The notes under the pieces are model-generated. The model was given only the letters and a program-made list of their open reading frames with translations, did not search any database and was not told where the DNA came from. The position numbers were made by a program, and so were the translations under genes. From Vairimorpha necatrix (lineage: Eukaryota), in the NCBI GenBank assembly GCA_036630325.1, contig CP142735.1, forward strand, positions 186,001 to 250,000: a stretch of DNA of 64,000 bases, written 5' to 3'. How positions within the stretch are numbered: the stretch's first letter is position 1; every line of letters begins with the position of its first letter. This document shows, in pieces, positions 11,280 to 24,090 of the stretch.

Positions 11280-14026
11280 TGTTACAGTCAAAGTGTACAT
11301 TCCAGGCAATGTATACATTACCTAGTGAATGTATACATTCAATAAGATTTGTAGTTAAAGTATTCATTGTAACTGAAATGAACACATTACCTAGTGAATG
11401 TATACATTCACGAGCTCCCTCTAGTCAAAGTGTTGTATGTTAAATCCGTAGGTTAAATCGTTAAATTTGCTAGGAAACCTTAAACCTAACCTCTTTATTC
11501 GTGATGCACTGTGTGCTGTTGAATGTTGCTCTATCTGTGCAGTTTGAGAGAGTACACACTGGCTGATTGTTGGATGGTAAGTGAGTTATTTAAATTATAT
11601 GTGTCCATAGAAATTAATAATTTTTAATTATTTTACCCTAAAAATAAAATGGATAAACAACCAATGAAAGATAAATTCTACCAGCACATTAACAATACTC
11701 CACAAAAAGCTAACGGCTTTCGTATGAATACGGAAAGATATGCTCAACTAATAAGTGATGTTAAATCCGCTAAATCAGCTCAGAAAAAAGAAAATCGTCA
11801 CTTCTGGTTACTAAAACATTATGATACAGTGTATGTGAGTAATGTGGATAAACTAATTGCACCAATAGCAGATGAAAAAGTGCTGTATTATGTTACTGTT
11901 GAAGAATTGTTTGAAGTTTTATATGAAACTCATTTATCAATTGGACATGGAGGACGAGACAGAATGAAAAAGGAGCTTAACCTTCGCTTTAAAAATATAA
12001 CAGCACAAGATATTCAAATATTTTTAAATAATTGTGAAGTGTGCCTTAAAAAAAGGGCGAATGAAAAGAAAGGCTTGGTGGTTAAGCCAATGGTGTTTTC
12101 TCACTTTAATTCAAGATGTCAAGTAGATTTAATTGACTTCCAATCACAACCAGATGATAATTATAAATTTATATTGGTGTACCAGGACCACTTAACAAAG
12201 TTTGTCATTCTAAGACCCCTAAAGAATAAGACAGCATATGAAGTTGCTGATCAACTCCTTCAAATTTTTTTACTATTTGGGGCACCATCTATTTTGCAAT
12301 CGGACAATGGCAGAGAATTTGTCAACCACGTCATTGATGATTTCAAAGGTCTATGGCCTGAATTAAAAATTGTGCATGGAAAGCCCCGCCACAGCCAGTC
12401 TCAAGGCAGTGTGGAGCGTGCAAATCAAGATATTGAGAATATTTTAACCGCATGGATGCAACAGAATCAAACTAGTAATTGGAGTAGAGGACTGGGTTAT
12501 GTGCAGTTTATGAAAAATCGAGCCCTTCACGCTGGTATAAAGCGAAGTCCTTACGAGGCAATGTTTGGACAACCCGCCAAGGTCGGCCTTACCTCTTCTT
12601 CCCTACCACACGAGGCATTAAGCAGTATAAACAGTGAAGAAGATTTGGAAAATATTCTTAAAAATATCAATTGTAACGAAGAAAGTATCCAGGAGATTAC
12701 TCAAGTAGAAGTTAATGAAGAAGAGGATCTAGATCTAGAATCAGATAATCTTCGAGAAGGCGTCAGTGAATGGCTAATGAATGACAAGAAACAGTGTAGT
12801 TCATCACATGACAATGAGAACCGAAAATGTGATGGATGTGACATTTTACTCAATTCGGAATGCAATAAAATGTGCAATATTTGTAAGTTGCAATCACGCA
12901 TCAATTATGTTCGAGCAGAAGCAAAAGAAAACTTGAACAAGCAAGCTAAGCGCATGAAACAAATTTCTGATGCTTCGCATACTCCGGCGGAGGTTGGAAT
13001 GACAGTTAGAATTAAGGTACCGGAAGTTGATAGAGGACGGGGAGATTCACGTGCAGTACTAGGATGTTTATTAACAAAAACTGATGATGATTACTATCAA
13101 ATCGGAACACGTAATGGTATTTTAAAAGGATTATATTCTAGATCTCAATTTAGCGTGTGTCCTGAAAGTATATTAACGCCAAATGATATTGAAAACAATG
13201 CAATTGAATTGCCATTACGTACTATAGCTACCAAACAGTCGATAGGTAGCGGACAGGGATTTTCCAAATGCCAATGCAAAACAAAATGCGCAACAAAAAG
13301 ATGTGCATGCTTTAAAGCAAATAAATTATGCAACTCCAAATGTCATGGAAGGTTAAATTGTGGAAATAAATAACATTTTTTACTAATTTTACTTATGTTT
13401 ATGTTTCAAATTATTCTTTCTTTTATATTGTATTTTTTTGCTTTATATTTATATCTTTTCTAATTTTATGTTTTGTCGCTTTAGTGCAATCATCATAGAG
13501 TCAATTATTAATTCATTTTTTCGATATATTTTATTTAATATTATAACCTATTTATGTTGTTCTAACTTTTGTTCTAATTATTATGTGTTTCAATTTAAAA
13601 CTAAAATTTTTATTTAATATAACCTAGTTTTTACTGTTAAAACTCTATCATTGTGTGTGTTCTAATTTCAATTTCCCAATTCAACATTTATGTTTTAACC
13701 TGAATCTAGAACGGCGATCATAGTCTTGTGCCTGTAAAAAACTTGTTCCAACTTAATTTTATTTTAAAATTCATCAATTATCGCTTGACTGCAGTTGGTT
13801 AGTAACCCTGCTTACATTGTCTAGATAATACATGCATTCACTAGTTAAAATGTTCATTTTAATAGTGAGTAAACACTTTGACTAGAGGGAGCTCGTGAAT
13901 GTATACATTCACTAGGTAATGTGTTCATTTCAGTTACAATGAATACTTTAACTACAAATCTTAGTGAATGTATACATTCACTAGGTAATGTATACATTGC
14001 CTGGAATGTACACTTTGACTGCAACA
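11280..14026 (+). mobile_element. Ginger2/Tdd-type DNA transposon, full length
   Basis: ~155-bp TIRs (11280-11434 / 13872-14026) with TGTT..AACA ends and internal palindromes tgaatgtatacattca. Single integrase ORF, no RT. Confidence 0.9.
11649..13373 (+). CDS. Integrase-like transposase (KRBA2/SCAND3-like) with C-terminal Cys-rich CXC-type domain
   Basis: H-H-C-C finger, QVDLID, QSDNGREF, HSQSQGSVERAN, CQCKTKC..RCACFK..CNSKCH. Intact 574 aa. Confidence 0.92.
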   Translation: MDKQPMKDKFYQHINNTPQKANGFRMNTERYAQLISDVKSAKSAQKKENRHFWLLKHYDTVYVSNVDKLIAPIADEKVLYYVTVEELFEVLYETHLSIGHGGRDRMKKELNLRFKNITAQDIQIFLNNCEVCLKKRANEKKGLVVKPMVFSHFNSRCQVDLIDFQSQPDDNYKFILVYQDHLTKFVILRPLKNKTAYEVADQLLQIFLLFGAPSILQSDNGREFVNHVIDDFKGLWPELKIVHGKPRHSQSQGSVERANQDIENILTAWMQQNQTSNWSRGLGYVQFMKNRALHAGIKRSPYEAMFGQPAKVGLTSSSLPHEALSSINSEEDLENILKNINCNEESIQEITQVEVNEEEDLDLESDNLREGVSEWLMNDKKQCSSSHDNENRKCDGCDILLNSECNKMCNICKLQSRINYVRAEAKENLNKQAKRMKQISDASHTPAEVGMTVRIKVPEVDRGRGDSRAVLGCLLTKTDDDYYQIGTRNGILKGLYSRSQFSVCPESILTPNDIENNAIELPLRTIATKQSIGSGQGFSKCQCKTKCATKRCACFKANKLCNSKCHGRLNCGNK

Positions 14027-14425
14027 TATATAAATAGAGATACAATAAAAAGACAAATCTTGAAAAATATGAAAAAATTAAGAACAGCCGAAAATGCATA
14101 TAAATACACATTATTGTTATATAAGTGACACTTGAGTATCTTTATTTGTTTTTAAAGCATTTATGAAATTTGTTAATTTTTCATCTCCTTCCTGTATATA
14201 TATATATAAGAAGACAAATCTTGAAAAATATGAAAAAATTAAGAACAGCTGAAAATGCATATTAAATCACATTATTGTTATATAAGTTAACGTTGTGTGT
14301 CTTTTTTTGTTTCTGAGCCATTTAAAAGATTTGTTATTTTTTCATCTCCTTCCTGTATATATATATATAAGAAGACAAATCTTGAAAAATATGAAAAAAT
14401 TAAGAACAGCTGAAAATGCATATAA
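14027..14425. repeat. ~161-bp tandem repeat, about 2.5 units
   Basis: agacaaatcttgaaaaatatg recurs at 14051, 14212 and 14373. Confidence 0.9.
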
Positions 14426-15490
14426 TTGTACGGTCTTATGTGATAACAATGAATGTGTGTATATATATGCGTACTTTTTAGTTTATTGTTTCATCTTTTC
14501 TTTAAGTAAAATAAAGTATGTCTTTATTATGAAGTTTTAAAACAGAATTATTCTAAAAGTTTCTAGTGTAACCGTGGGCGTTTTACGATTTAACATTCTA
14601 ACATAAGAATAAAATTAATAAATGAATACTAATTGGTAAAATTTTTTATTTATAGATTAAATATTTTAAAAACTCTCAGAAACATTTTATACATTAATTA
14701 CAATTACATCTAAATATATATACTAGTCTCAATTACCAGCAATATTTCTAATTTTTTTGGCTTTGGAAAGTATCTTTGCATATTTGTACATGAGAGAGAT
14801 AATGAACACGAAAAAAGGGGAAATTGACATCTCATAAAACCTATTAAAATAACACATGTAGTATATGTAAGTAGAACGTGAACTTTTTTATTCTAATTAA
14901 AACCTTTATTACATACATGATTTAAATTTTTCTAAAGGGTATCTACCTGCATATATATATAATAGTCCATAATAAAACACGAAAAAATCAAGAAAAATAT
15001 ACATAAATATTAGTGCAGTGAAATTAATTGTATTGAAATAATAGAAATTTCTATATGGTAACAAATAATATATAAGTATTTTTATGTATTTAAAACATTC
15101 AATTATATAATTATTGCCGTATCAACACATAGAATAAATAGATTTTGAATTAAACAAATCAGAATATAATTTGTGTATAAATCAATAACAAAAAATTTTT
15201 TAATTTTTAGATGAATTCTTATTATTGAAATACATCGAGGTACATTGAAAGAATATAATCGTGGATAAAACAACCAATGCCCTATTGGAAAATAATACTG
15301 TATAAAAATGCAACTTTTAATATAATATAAAACGAAATTTATATATCATGAAGATTTTATATCTTATACATTTAATACGAGAGAGCGATTTTATAAATGT
15401 ATCGAGAATAAACACAATTTCTATTAAGAATAATAGCAAAATCTCTAAGTACGTATGTATGAATTTTACATTGAAATTATCTAAAAATTA

Positions 15491-16784
15491 GGCGCTACTT
15501 AAAAATTCGCACCCCTAAAAAAAATTACATTGACCAATTAAATTTATATAAAAAAAAATATTTTTAACCCTTAAAATTATATTTAAAACAATATTTTTAT
15601 GAAAATATGAATTTACAAAAGTTAAAATATTTAAAAAAACAGTTATAACATATTATAAGTTCAAAAATTTAATTACTTTAACATAGAAAAAATATCAATT
15701 ATTTTTACGAAGGCTAATTTGATTGTTAATGGTTTTGAATATTCTATATTTTCTTTTTTCCATTTAAACTCATCTAACCAACATTTAATTCTTATTTTAT
15801 TTATTCCTCCACGCTTTCTATAATCATGCTTAAGATGCGACCACATATTTTCTACATAATTTGTATTTTGTCCTTCTTCATTACAAAATCCCATAGAGTG
15901 ATTTACCACACTATGGTGAGAACCAAATTCACTTATAGCACGTGGATAGGATGGATAACCATCAGTTACTATATCCGTGCCTACTTTTACATATTTTTTT
16001 AATACTAGTAAAATCGTTTCCCATTTTCTATTGGGTATTAGTTCCACAAAAAACTCTCTACAATTTCCTTCCAATACACCTCCTATTATCCACTGAATTC
16101 CAGGTTCAGAATCCAATCGACTAGACGGATTCGATACTATAATTCCATTACAAATAGCTGTTTCGTCTATTTGTATCCTCTGACCAACTCCACCTATCGT
16201 TGTAACAACAGTAGAACACTTGGAAATTGTTTCCATTATTATTTCTTTTACAGAAATATATGTTGGTTCAGAAGTTTCACACATGTTGATGGCCTGAAAA
16301 TTAGTATATGACAGACACCAACAATAAATGCAACGAAGAATTTTTTTAAATTCAATATCTAAAGATTCAAATTTAGAACCTTTATTTAATGAACATCTTC
16401 GTTTACAAATTTTTTTGCTACATTTGTACCCCTTTCCTTGAGAAAACAAAGATATGTTTTGAATAAACATAATTCCTTTGCACTGATCATTAGTACAGGG
16501 AATACAAGGATATAACAGTTGTTCTTCAATCCGTAGTCGATTGCCCTGTCATTATCAGTGAAAATAGGATTGTATGGATTGAATTGAAGCATTTCATCCA
16601 TCATCATGTTCATTATAAGGGATAGATAAAATAAAAAAATTTCACGTTCAAAATACCATTACTTAAAAATTCGCACCCCCCGGAAAAAAAATCCTTTAAA
16701 ATTTGATTTTATCTCATTTTATACCAAATAATTTTTTTTCAGTGAACGTATTTTTTAGGGGGGTGCGAATTTTTAAGTAGCGCC
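15491..16784 (-). mobile_element. Merlin DNA transposon (one frameshift)
   Basis: TIR ggcgctacttaaaaattcgcacccc, perfect 8-bp TSD aaaaatta. Transposase IQIDET, VTDGYPSY, VNHS, NTNYVENMW split over ORFs 16386-16613 and 15673-16470. Confidence 0.95.
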
Positions 16785-17083
16785 AAAAATTATATTTTTC
16801 ATACAAAAATGTAGATATTATCGTAGCCAATCAAATACTGATCAATCATATTCTCACAAATTGGCAGATTTAATTGGCTACAAAAAGTATTTAAAAAAAT
16901 TTTAAAAAGAGGGCATGGAAAATAAGAATAAAGAAATTGACATATTTCAATTAATAACATCTTATAAAGTCAAGATACTTATATTATATAATTATATAAT
17001 TTTTTGCATAATTTAATGAGAATTTTTAAAAAAATAAGCTTGAATAAGAATTGTCATATTTATAAAAATTATGTTATGTCGAA

Positions 17084-17271
17084 GTAACATCCAGATGATC
17101 ACGCTACAAAGCATTTCTTCGGACTAGTGCAGGTTAGGATACGAAGCTGATGATGAAAGGACTATGGAGACGAGAAGCAACCTACAAACAGGAGACGTAA
17201 CGCGGAACCTATCCTTGTTAAACTATAAATATAAATTACAATAAGCATTCCCTAATTAGATTTATTTATTT
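17084..17271 (+). mobile_element. 5'-truncated 3' end of RLE LINE family 2
   Basis: Homologous to 60016-60279 (atccagatgatcacgcta...). Flanked by the 10-bp direct repeat ttatgtcgaa (17074-17083 / 17272-17281). Confidence 0.7.
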
Positions 17272-19601
17272 TTATGTCGAAATATAACTATATCCCAACG
17301 AAATCTTATGGTAGTATAACATAGAATTTTGCGACCCAATATAGGATATTATAAAATTAGTTATAACATCTTGATCTTAAGATATCTTATGATTTTACGA
17401 AATTAAAATTACTTTTAATAAAGAATAGTTTTAGAAAAACTTACTTCTAATATATGATAATATTGGCAAACCTGTTCATGAGATGTTAAGACCACCTTCA
17501 ATTAAAACGAAATATATGTATATATATCTGATTGTTATGTTAGTATTTTTTTTTGGAGAAAATATTTTATATCTGATCGTATAATATATACTCGTTAAAT
17601 CAGTAGTAGTTCAAAAAAGTAAAAAAGGACTCAACATTTTAAACTAATATTTTTTTGTATATCTTTTATATAGAAACCTCATTAATAACAATTTCTAATA
17701 TATATATAAAGTACTTTTTTGTTTAATATTTTGTTTTCGATATTTCTAAAATTTATTCCTTTTAAATCTGTTTTAAACTAAAAGCAAATTGAGAATTAGG
17801 AATATTTAAAAATACATCCTAATTAAAAATATTCATTGTTTATAATATAGTGTTATAACACTAAATATGATAACGTTTTGAATTTTAACATTTATTTATA
17901 TCAGTATATGGAGGGACACAAAAAATTTTAGCATTCTAAAAGTTTTCCTAAATTATCTATTTAAATTCTCATAATCATAAATAATAAAACTAGAATAATC
18001 ATCAAAATATTCTTGTTTACACATATCACACAATTCATCAGACTGATGCTCTATGAATAATATTAGTAAGTAAAATTATTTAAATAGTCGAAATGTCTAA
18101 AATTGCCCTTTATTCACCGTAAAACTGTTTCTAAATAGTCTATATTTATAATTTGATCTTAATTCTAATATCCCTTTGAATAATTGAATTATTTATTCAG
18201 ATAATGGTAAACTTATATCTATAGAAGTTTTCGCATACATTCATCACAATGATTATGTAAGAATCATACTTATGTTTGATTGGCAATAATAAGGTATAAA
18301 TGCGATCATTAAAATCATTATTTTCTACGGACTAGAAATATATGACCGAAGAAACCTTATGTTTATCAATCGATAGATTATATGACTAAATTTGGGTAAA
18401 GCTAATGTAGCGGAAGAGCTTCTATTATAATTATAGTAAAAAGCTGCAATTACAATTCTTGTGACAGTCCGTGTTTTTTCACTGTTAATATAATTTTTTT
18501 TATTTTATGCTCATGATCTTATTTATCAGCAAATGATTATTATACAATTTAATACTTCGGAAATTTGAGTATACAACTGTATTCCAACTTTTCAACTTCT
18601 CGCGACACGTGGGATGCGCAAGCGCTATAAGGTCTTGTCCATTGAAGTTGGTATAACTAACGGTACTCAAATTTCTGAAGTATATAATTCGTATAATAAT
18701 CATCATATATATAAAAGAATTTTATTTAATTTTTTACCCCTCTTTTTTATGGTTTTGTAAAATCCAAACTTCTTATTACAGCTTATTATGTTATTGTATT
18801 GTCAAATTTAAACTCAATGCTTAAATTTGATAATTGTAAGTGCGTATACTATTTATTAATGCATTTTTATTCTATTTATTATTTTTGTAAAACTCAGTTC
18901 CAAAATATCGTCAGAATCGTTTTTTAGAATTTATTTAACCCTTCTAGAAAAAATTCAAAAAAACATATACCAAAAATAAGTTGAATATAAGTGTTAACAA
19001 TTTAGCTTATAAGTTCCCAAAATTATCTCATTATAATTATAAAATGTTTTTAGCTCAACTTTACTCCTTATATGTTACTAAAAAGTATTTTTCAAAATCA
19101 TGTTTTCTCCTTTTTAAATTCAGTTATCCCAAAAATGGAAACTCAACAAAATTCAAGGATCAAAGACATATTATCAAACTAAACATTTAGATCCCGTTTT
19201 CAAAACGGGAAAGCATACGCTAGTTTGCTGATAAAAAAAGATCATGAGCATAAAATATAAAGATTATTACACTAGCAGAAAAAAAATTGACTGTCTTGGA
19301 TTAGATATTGTATAATACTCTATTCTTAAAAATACTATATATTCCGCAAATTTTCATTGTCATAAAAACTTAACTTATCTCTTTTATGCACCAACCCAAT
19401 CTTTGATTTATCATTGCCCATAAACAAAAAAATTTTATTTAATATTTTAGGAGGGAAATTTAAAATAAACAAAAATTGAAAAGAGCGTAGATTTTGAATT
19501 TAAAGGATTTTAAAGCAAAAATAAAACAAATTTTTGTCATAAATTAGTTGAAAAATATACAATCAAAAACTAAACAAAAACGTTAATTAATCTTTGTTCA
19601 A

Positions 19602-22600
19602 TGTATTTATTTATCATAATGAGGGGTCAAAATATCTAAATATATAACATCCCCCCTCCAGACGGTTAGTCTCACTTTACTCCCACCTCTCTATACCTTT
19701 TAAATCATAATGCCTCTTTTTAATTATCCTTCCGTTTTCAAGCCTAACAATATACGAGTCACTAGGGCATACTTCCAATATCATTCCCAAATCAACAAAT
19801 CTTCCTTTCATATACTTGGTCTGACCTCCTAAATTTTCTTTTTTCGCAACACGGACAATCTGATTTCTATAAAACTTTTCTCTTTTCCTTGCAACAAATC
19901 TCTTCGCGTATGTTCCTTCAGGTCCGTTTTCAATCATTATCTTTCCCGTTGTACCTTGAACAGCCTCTACCGGTGTATATTTTATTCCACTATGGTAACT
20001 TAAATTATAAATCTCAATGCTCTTCATAACTCTTTCCTCGAATGTTTTACCTTCAATTTTGGCTATACTCTTCCTCAACGTTCCAATAACCCTCTCCACT
20101 CTTCCATTGCTCCTATGAGCTTCTATGCTTACTTTCCTGTGCTCAATACTTAGATCTTTACATAGTTGTCTAAACCCTTCGTTAACGAACTCCTTACCAT
20201 TGTCCGTAATTATTTCTTCGGGCTTCTTCCCCTGGACACACATTTCTTTAACCCATTCAACAATCTTCTCACCTGTCTTAGCGTCAATTACTCTGTCCCA
20301 AACTCTTCTCGTAAAATAGTCGATAGCTACAACAATGTATTTTTTTTCTTCTCTATACTCAATCAAATCAAATGCTACCTTTTCTAAATATCGGCTTGTT
20401 GCTACAAAAACACATCCCCCGGATTTCTTTCTATTATTAATCTGACACACCTCACATTTACTAAGTTCGGCTTCTATATCTTTTTTCATCCCCGGCCAAT
20501 AATATTTGCTTTTCATCTCGTAATACACACTTATCATGCTTCTATGTCCTTTCAATTCATGATATTTCTCTATCAATTTGGGCCTGTCTTTTTCTTCAGG
20601 GATATCCGCCATTTTATTATTATCAAATTTCCGATAATTCAAGCCATTCTCTACGATTACATGTTTCTTCCACTTACCTATCTGTTGCTTAATTGCACGT
20701 TCTTCCATCTGTTTCTTCTTACTATCTTCTTCCGTATATATGCGGCCGATTGAATCTGCAACAACCATTATCTCCGGTTTTCTGCATTCTATCGTAAAGT
20801 CAAAATCTTGTATCTTCTCTATCCACCTATTGATCCTATCATTATTAAAATTTGCCTTGTTCCTAATTTCACTCAAGGCTTTATGGTCTGTCTCAATCTT
20901 AAATTTTCTTCCTCTGAGTTCGTATTCAAACTTTTTAATTCCCCAGAATACTGCGTACATTTCCTTTTCTGTTATCGCGTATCTACTTTCCGTTGGCGTA
21001 AACTTTTTTGAAGCCCACTGTACCGGAACCCACTCATTTAATCCGTTTCTCTGCAATAACACAGCTCCCATGCCAACGTTGCTCGCATCTTTTCGCTGCA
21101 AAAATTCTTTACTATAATCAGCTATCTTTAAACTTTTTAAATTTCTTAAACATTCTTTCAAACTTTCAAACTCTTTTTGCATTTCCTCCGCCCACTCGAA
21201 GTTATTCCCATTTCCCTTAAGCGCATTTGTTAAATGGTATGTCAACTTAGCGTAATCTTTAATAAAACTTCTAAACCATCCAGTTAATCCCAAAAATCTT
21301 CTTAATTCTGATACATTTGCTGGTGCTGGGTATTCTAACGCTTCATTCTTTTTAATTTCGCACGCCTGAGAATCCTCTCCATTCAGTGTCACCCCTAATA
21401 GCTTTACTTCCTTTTTACAGAATTGTATCTTGCTGATATTTATTTTCATATTATTTTTCTTAAATCGTTTTAGAACTTCTTTTAGCAGCTCATCGTGCTT
21501 TCTTTTCGTTTTTGCGTGAATTACTACATCATCCATATACACCTCTGCTCCTCCTCCTAACAGGTCGTCAAAAATCGTATTCATTGTCCTTTGTCATATT
21601 TGGGGCGAGTTCTTAAACCCTATTACCATACTATTCCACTCGTAAACTCTCCCATTGAATTCAAAAGCTGTTTTATGCTTATCCTCTTCGCAAATCCCAA
21701 TGTGGTAAAAACTGTCTTTAATATGTATCACAGTAAAAAACCTTGATCCCTGCGTTCCCCGCGTTACATCTCCAATTCGTGCCAATTCATACGGATCCTT
21801 ATCAACTATATCATTTAAAGCCATTAAGTTACTTACCAGTCTTATCTTCCCATTTGGCTTCCTAAGCGCCCTTACTGGATTCCGCCATTCCGATACTGAT
21901 CTTCTAATTATTTTCCTTCTTTCTAAACTCTTAATATGTTCTACAGTATCCGCAATAAGCGCTTGTTCAACCATTTGTCCTTTCTTCTTTACGACTTTTC
22001 CCTCTTCGGTTTTAATTCGGCATTTATCCAACTTACAATATTTAATTTCCTCCTCTTCGTCCGAAAATACCTCATGATACTTCCGTCTCAATCCATCTAA
22101 TTCCATATATTCAACTCTCTCACCTATAATTTCCCTGCTTCTCTTCTCTCTCTGCTCTTTTTTACACTTCTTATAATTATCTTCACTTAAACATTCTTCA
22201 TGATCCATCGCTGATCTTTTAAAAACTAAATACTTGGAATCACCTTTATTAAACCTATTATATTTACAATTTCTACTAATATGTCCTATTCTGCCACACT
22301 CATAACATCTAAAAAGCTTTCTCTTAAATCCAGTTCTTTCTGCACTTTCCGCTTCCATGGCCTTCTTAACTGTTTCCGTAATCATCAATGTCATGTTCCT
22401 TATCTCTTATTCTCTTCTCATTTCCATTTTCTTCCTTTATTTCTCTTCAATCAACTTTTTTCTTATTTCTTCAACTCCTCCTTCAATCGGAACATTCAAA
22501 ACAAAAAAATTTTTCAAATCTTCACTTCCTCTTCTGTAGACTTCTCTCTTCCATAATACTTCTTCAATTTCCTCTAATCTTAACTCATACATTATCCTCT

Positions 22601-22723
22601 CAAACTCACTATGATTTCTGAACTCTTGTCCACAGTCAACTCTTGTCAACTCATCATTAGGTTGGGCCCCCATGTATTTATTTATCATAATGAGGGGTCA
22701 AAATATCTATATATATATATACC
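19602..22723 (-). mobile_element. Complete compact Ty3/gypsy element with ~48-bp LTRs
   Basis: LTRs 19602-19649 and 22673-22723, 5-bp TSD ttcaa, PPT at 19650-19660, PBS tgggggcccaacc. Confidence 0.92.
19677..22688 (-). pseudogene. Single-frame gag-pol (short Gag, CCHC, RT, RNase H, IN) with 3 in-frame stops
   Basis: ORFs 22437-22688, 21594-22394 and 19677-21584 share one frame. Motifs CYECGRIGHISRNC, YMDD, DAS, TDNGKEF, SNGRVER. Confidence 0.9.
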
Positions 22724-22976
22724 TTCAATGATCTTTATTTAAAATTTATCACTTATTTTTCAATGTCTACAGAGTAACAACTCAATTAAAAAGATGACCA
22801 GATGGTTTTTTTTTAAAAAAATACGACCTTTAAATTTTTTAAATTCTCTGGCATTTTTGAAGAAATTCAAAATTTAATTAAATTTTTGCTAAAAATCAAT
22901 CGTAATGTCAAAATAATAGTTACAGTTGAAAATTTTAAAAGTTTAGGAATTCATTTTTTCTAAACTATATTATTAT

Positions 22977-23018
<42 letters not shown>

Positions 23019-24090
23019 TTTTAAGATCTTATTTGCATTCTGCAGAAATTTAAACATTTCTGGAAGCATACATTCAGTCGGCGCTAGGGCCTATTCCCAG
23101 TTAATGAACATAAAAAAGACGGCATTTCCCGGGAATAGGCCCTAAACTGGGAAATTTTTGCAACCCCTAAAAAATGAATAATTGTGAAGAAGAACCAAAA
23201 AATTCGAGATTTGTCATTTTTTCTTCAAATAAAGCAGCCATGCCTTTATTCAAAGGCATGGCTTACTCGAAGAATTTAAAACATGCTCGAAATGTTATGA
23301 GAGCATGGTTTTGGAACATGATATTTTTTATTCGAACGTTTTCGATTCAGATCTACTAACTTATTTTGTAGAAAATCCAAATCAGTTTTTGAGGGGCTAA
23401 AAGTTTCAAGTCCAAAGATAGACACAAGCGAATACTTATTTATAATATATTCATGGCTGGAAAAAAATTATGAATATAATATTAATAAAAATACTTCGGT
23501 TTTTTTAAATACTATAAAAAGAATTAAAAGGAATATTATAGAAGTAATAACTGGAGATAAAAGAATACATGGGAGAAATTGGGGCCAGAGCACCCAATAC
23601 AAGTGGATTAGAGTGTTATAATAAAAGGAAAACTTATTAAGTCACCATCTGAAATGTATGATTCAATTAGTAAAGCTACTTTGATAATTGGCGCAGTAGA
23701 AAAAAACTAGAAAACTAGTTCTTAAAGTTTTACCAAATAGAAAAAAAAGAACTTTCTTCGACTTTTTTTCTGAAAATATTAGTCCTATGTCTGTAATAAA
23801 AAAAGATGGGCACAGATTCTACCCATACGCTGTTGCTGGGATTAGCGGAGTACATAAAATCGTGAACCATGAGGAAGGATTCACCAATGCTGATGGAGAC
23901 CACACTAATTTAATAGAATGTGAGCGGTCTCATTTCAAAACGGACATCAAAACGAGGAAAGAATTACCAGGTTATTCAATGCCAGGGTATATAGAAGAAT
24001 ATTTTGGAGGGGAATAAATTTAAATTTCATGATTCCAAAGCCTATAAAGACGCCTTTTTAACTCTCTTAAAACTTTTAATTCGAAATAAA

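Noticed and set aside
11574-11610. ATG-adjacent microsporidian-type intron extending the transposase
   Set aside because: The spliced product is out of frame with the ORF (38 nt to the ATG).
13854-14111. Repeated peptide LQSKCTFQAMYTLPSECIHS in three ORFs
   Set aside because: Translation of the Ginger2 TIR, not a gene family.
18500-18706. Short ORF as a host gene
   Set aside because: 68 aa with no recognisable motif. Cannot be supported.
20125-22621. Many antisense ORFs over retroelement genes (also elsewhere in the window)
   Set aside because: Shadow frames of purine-biased coding strands with no motifs.
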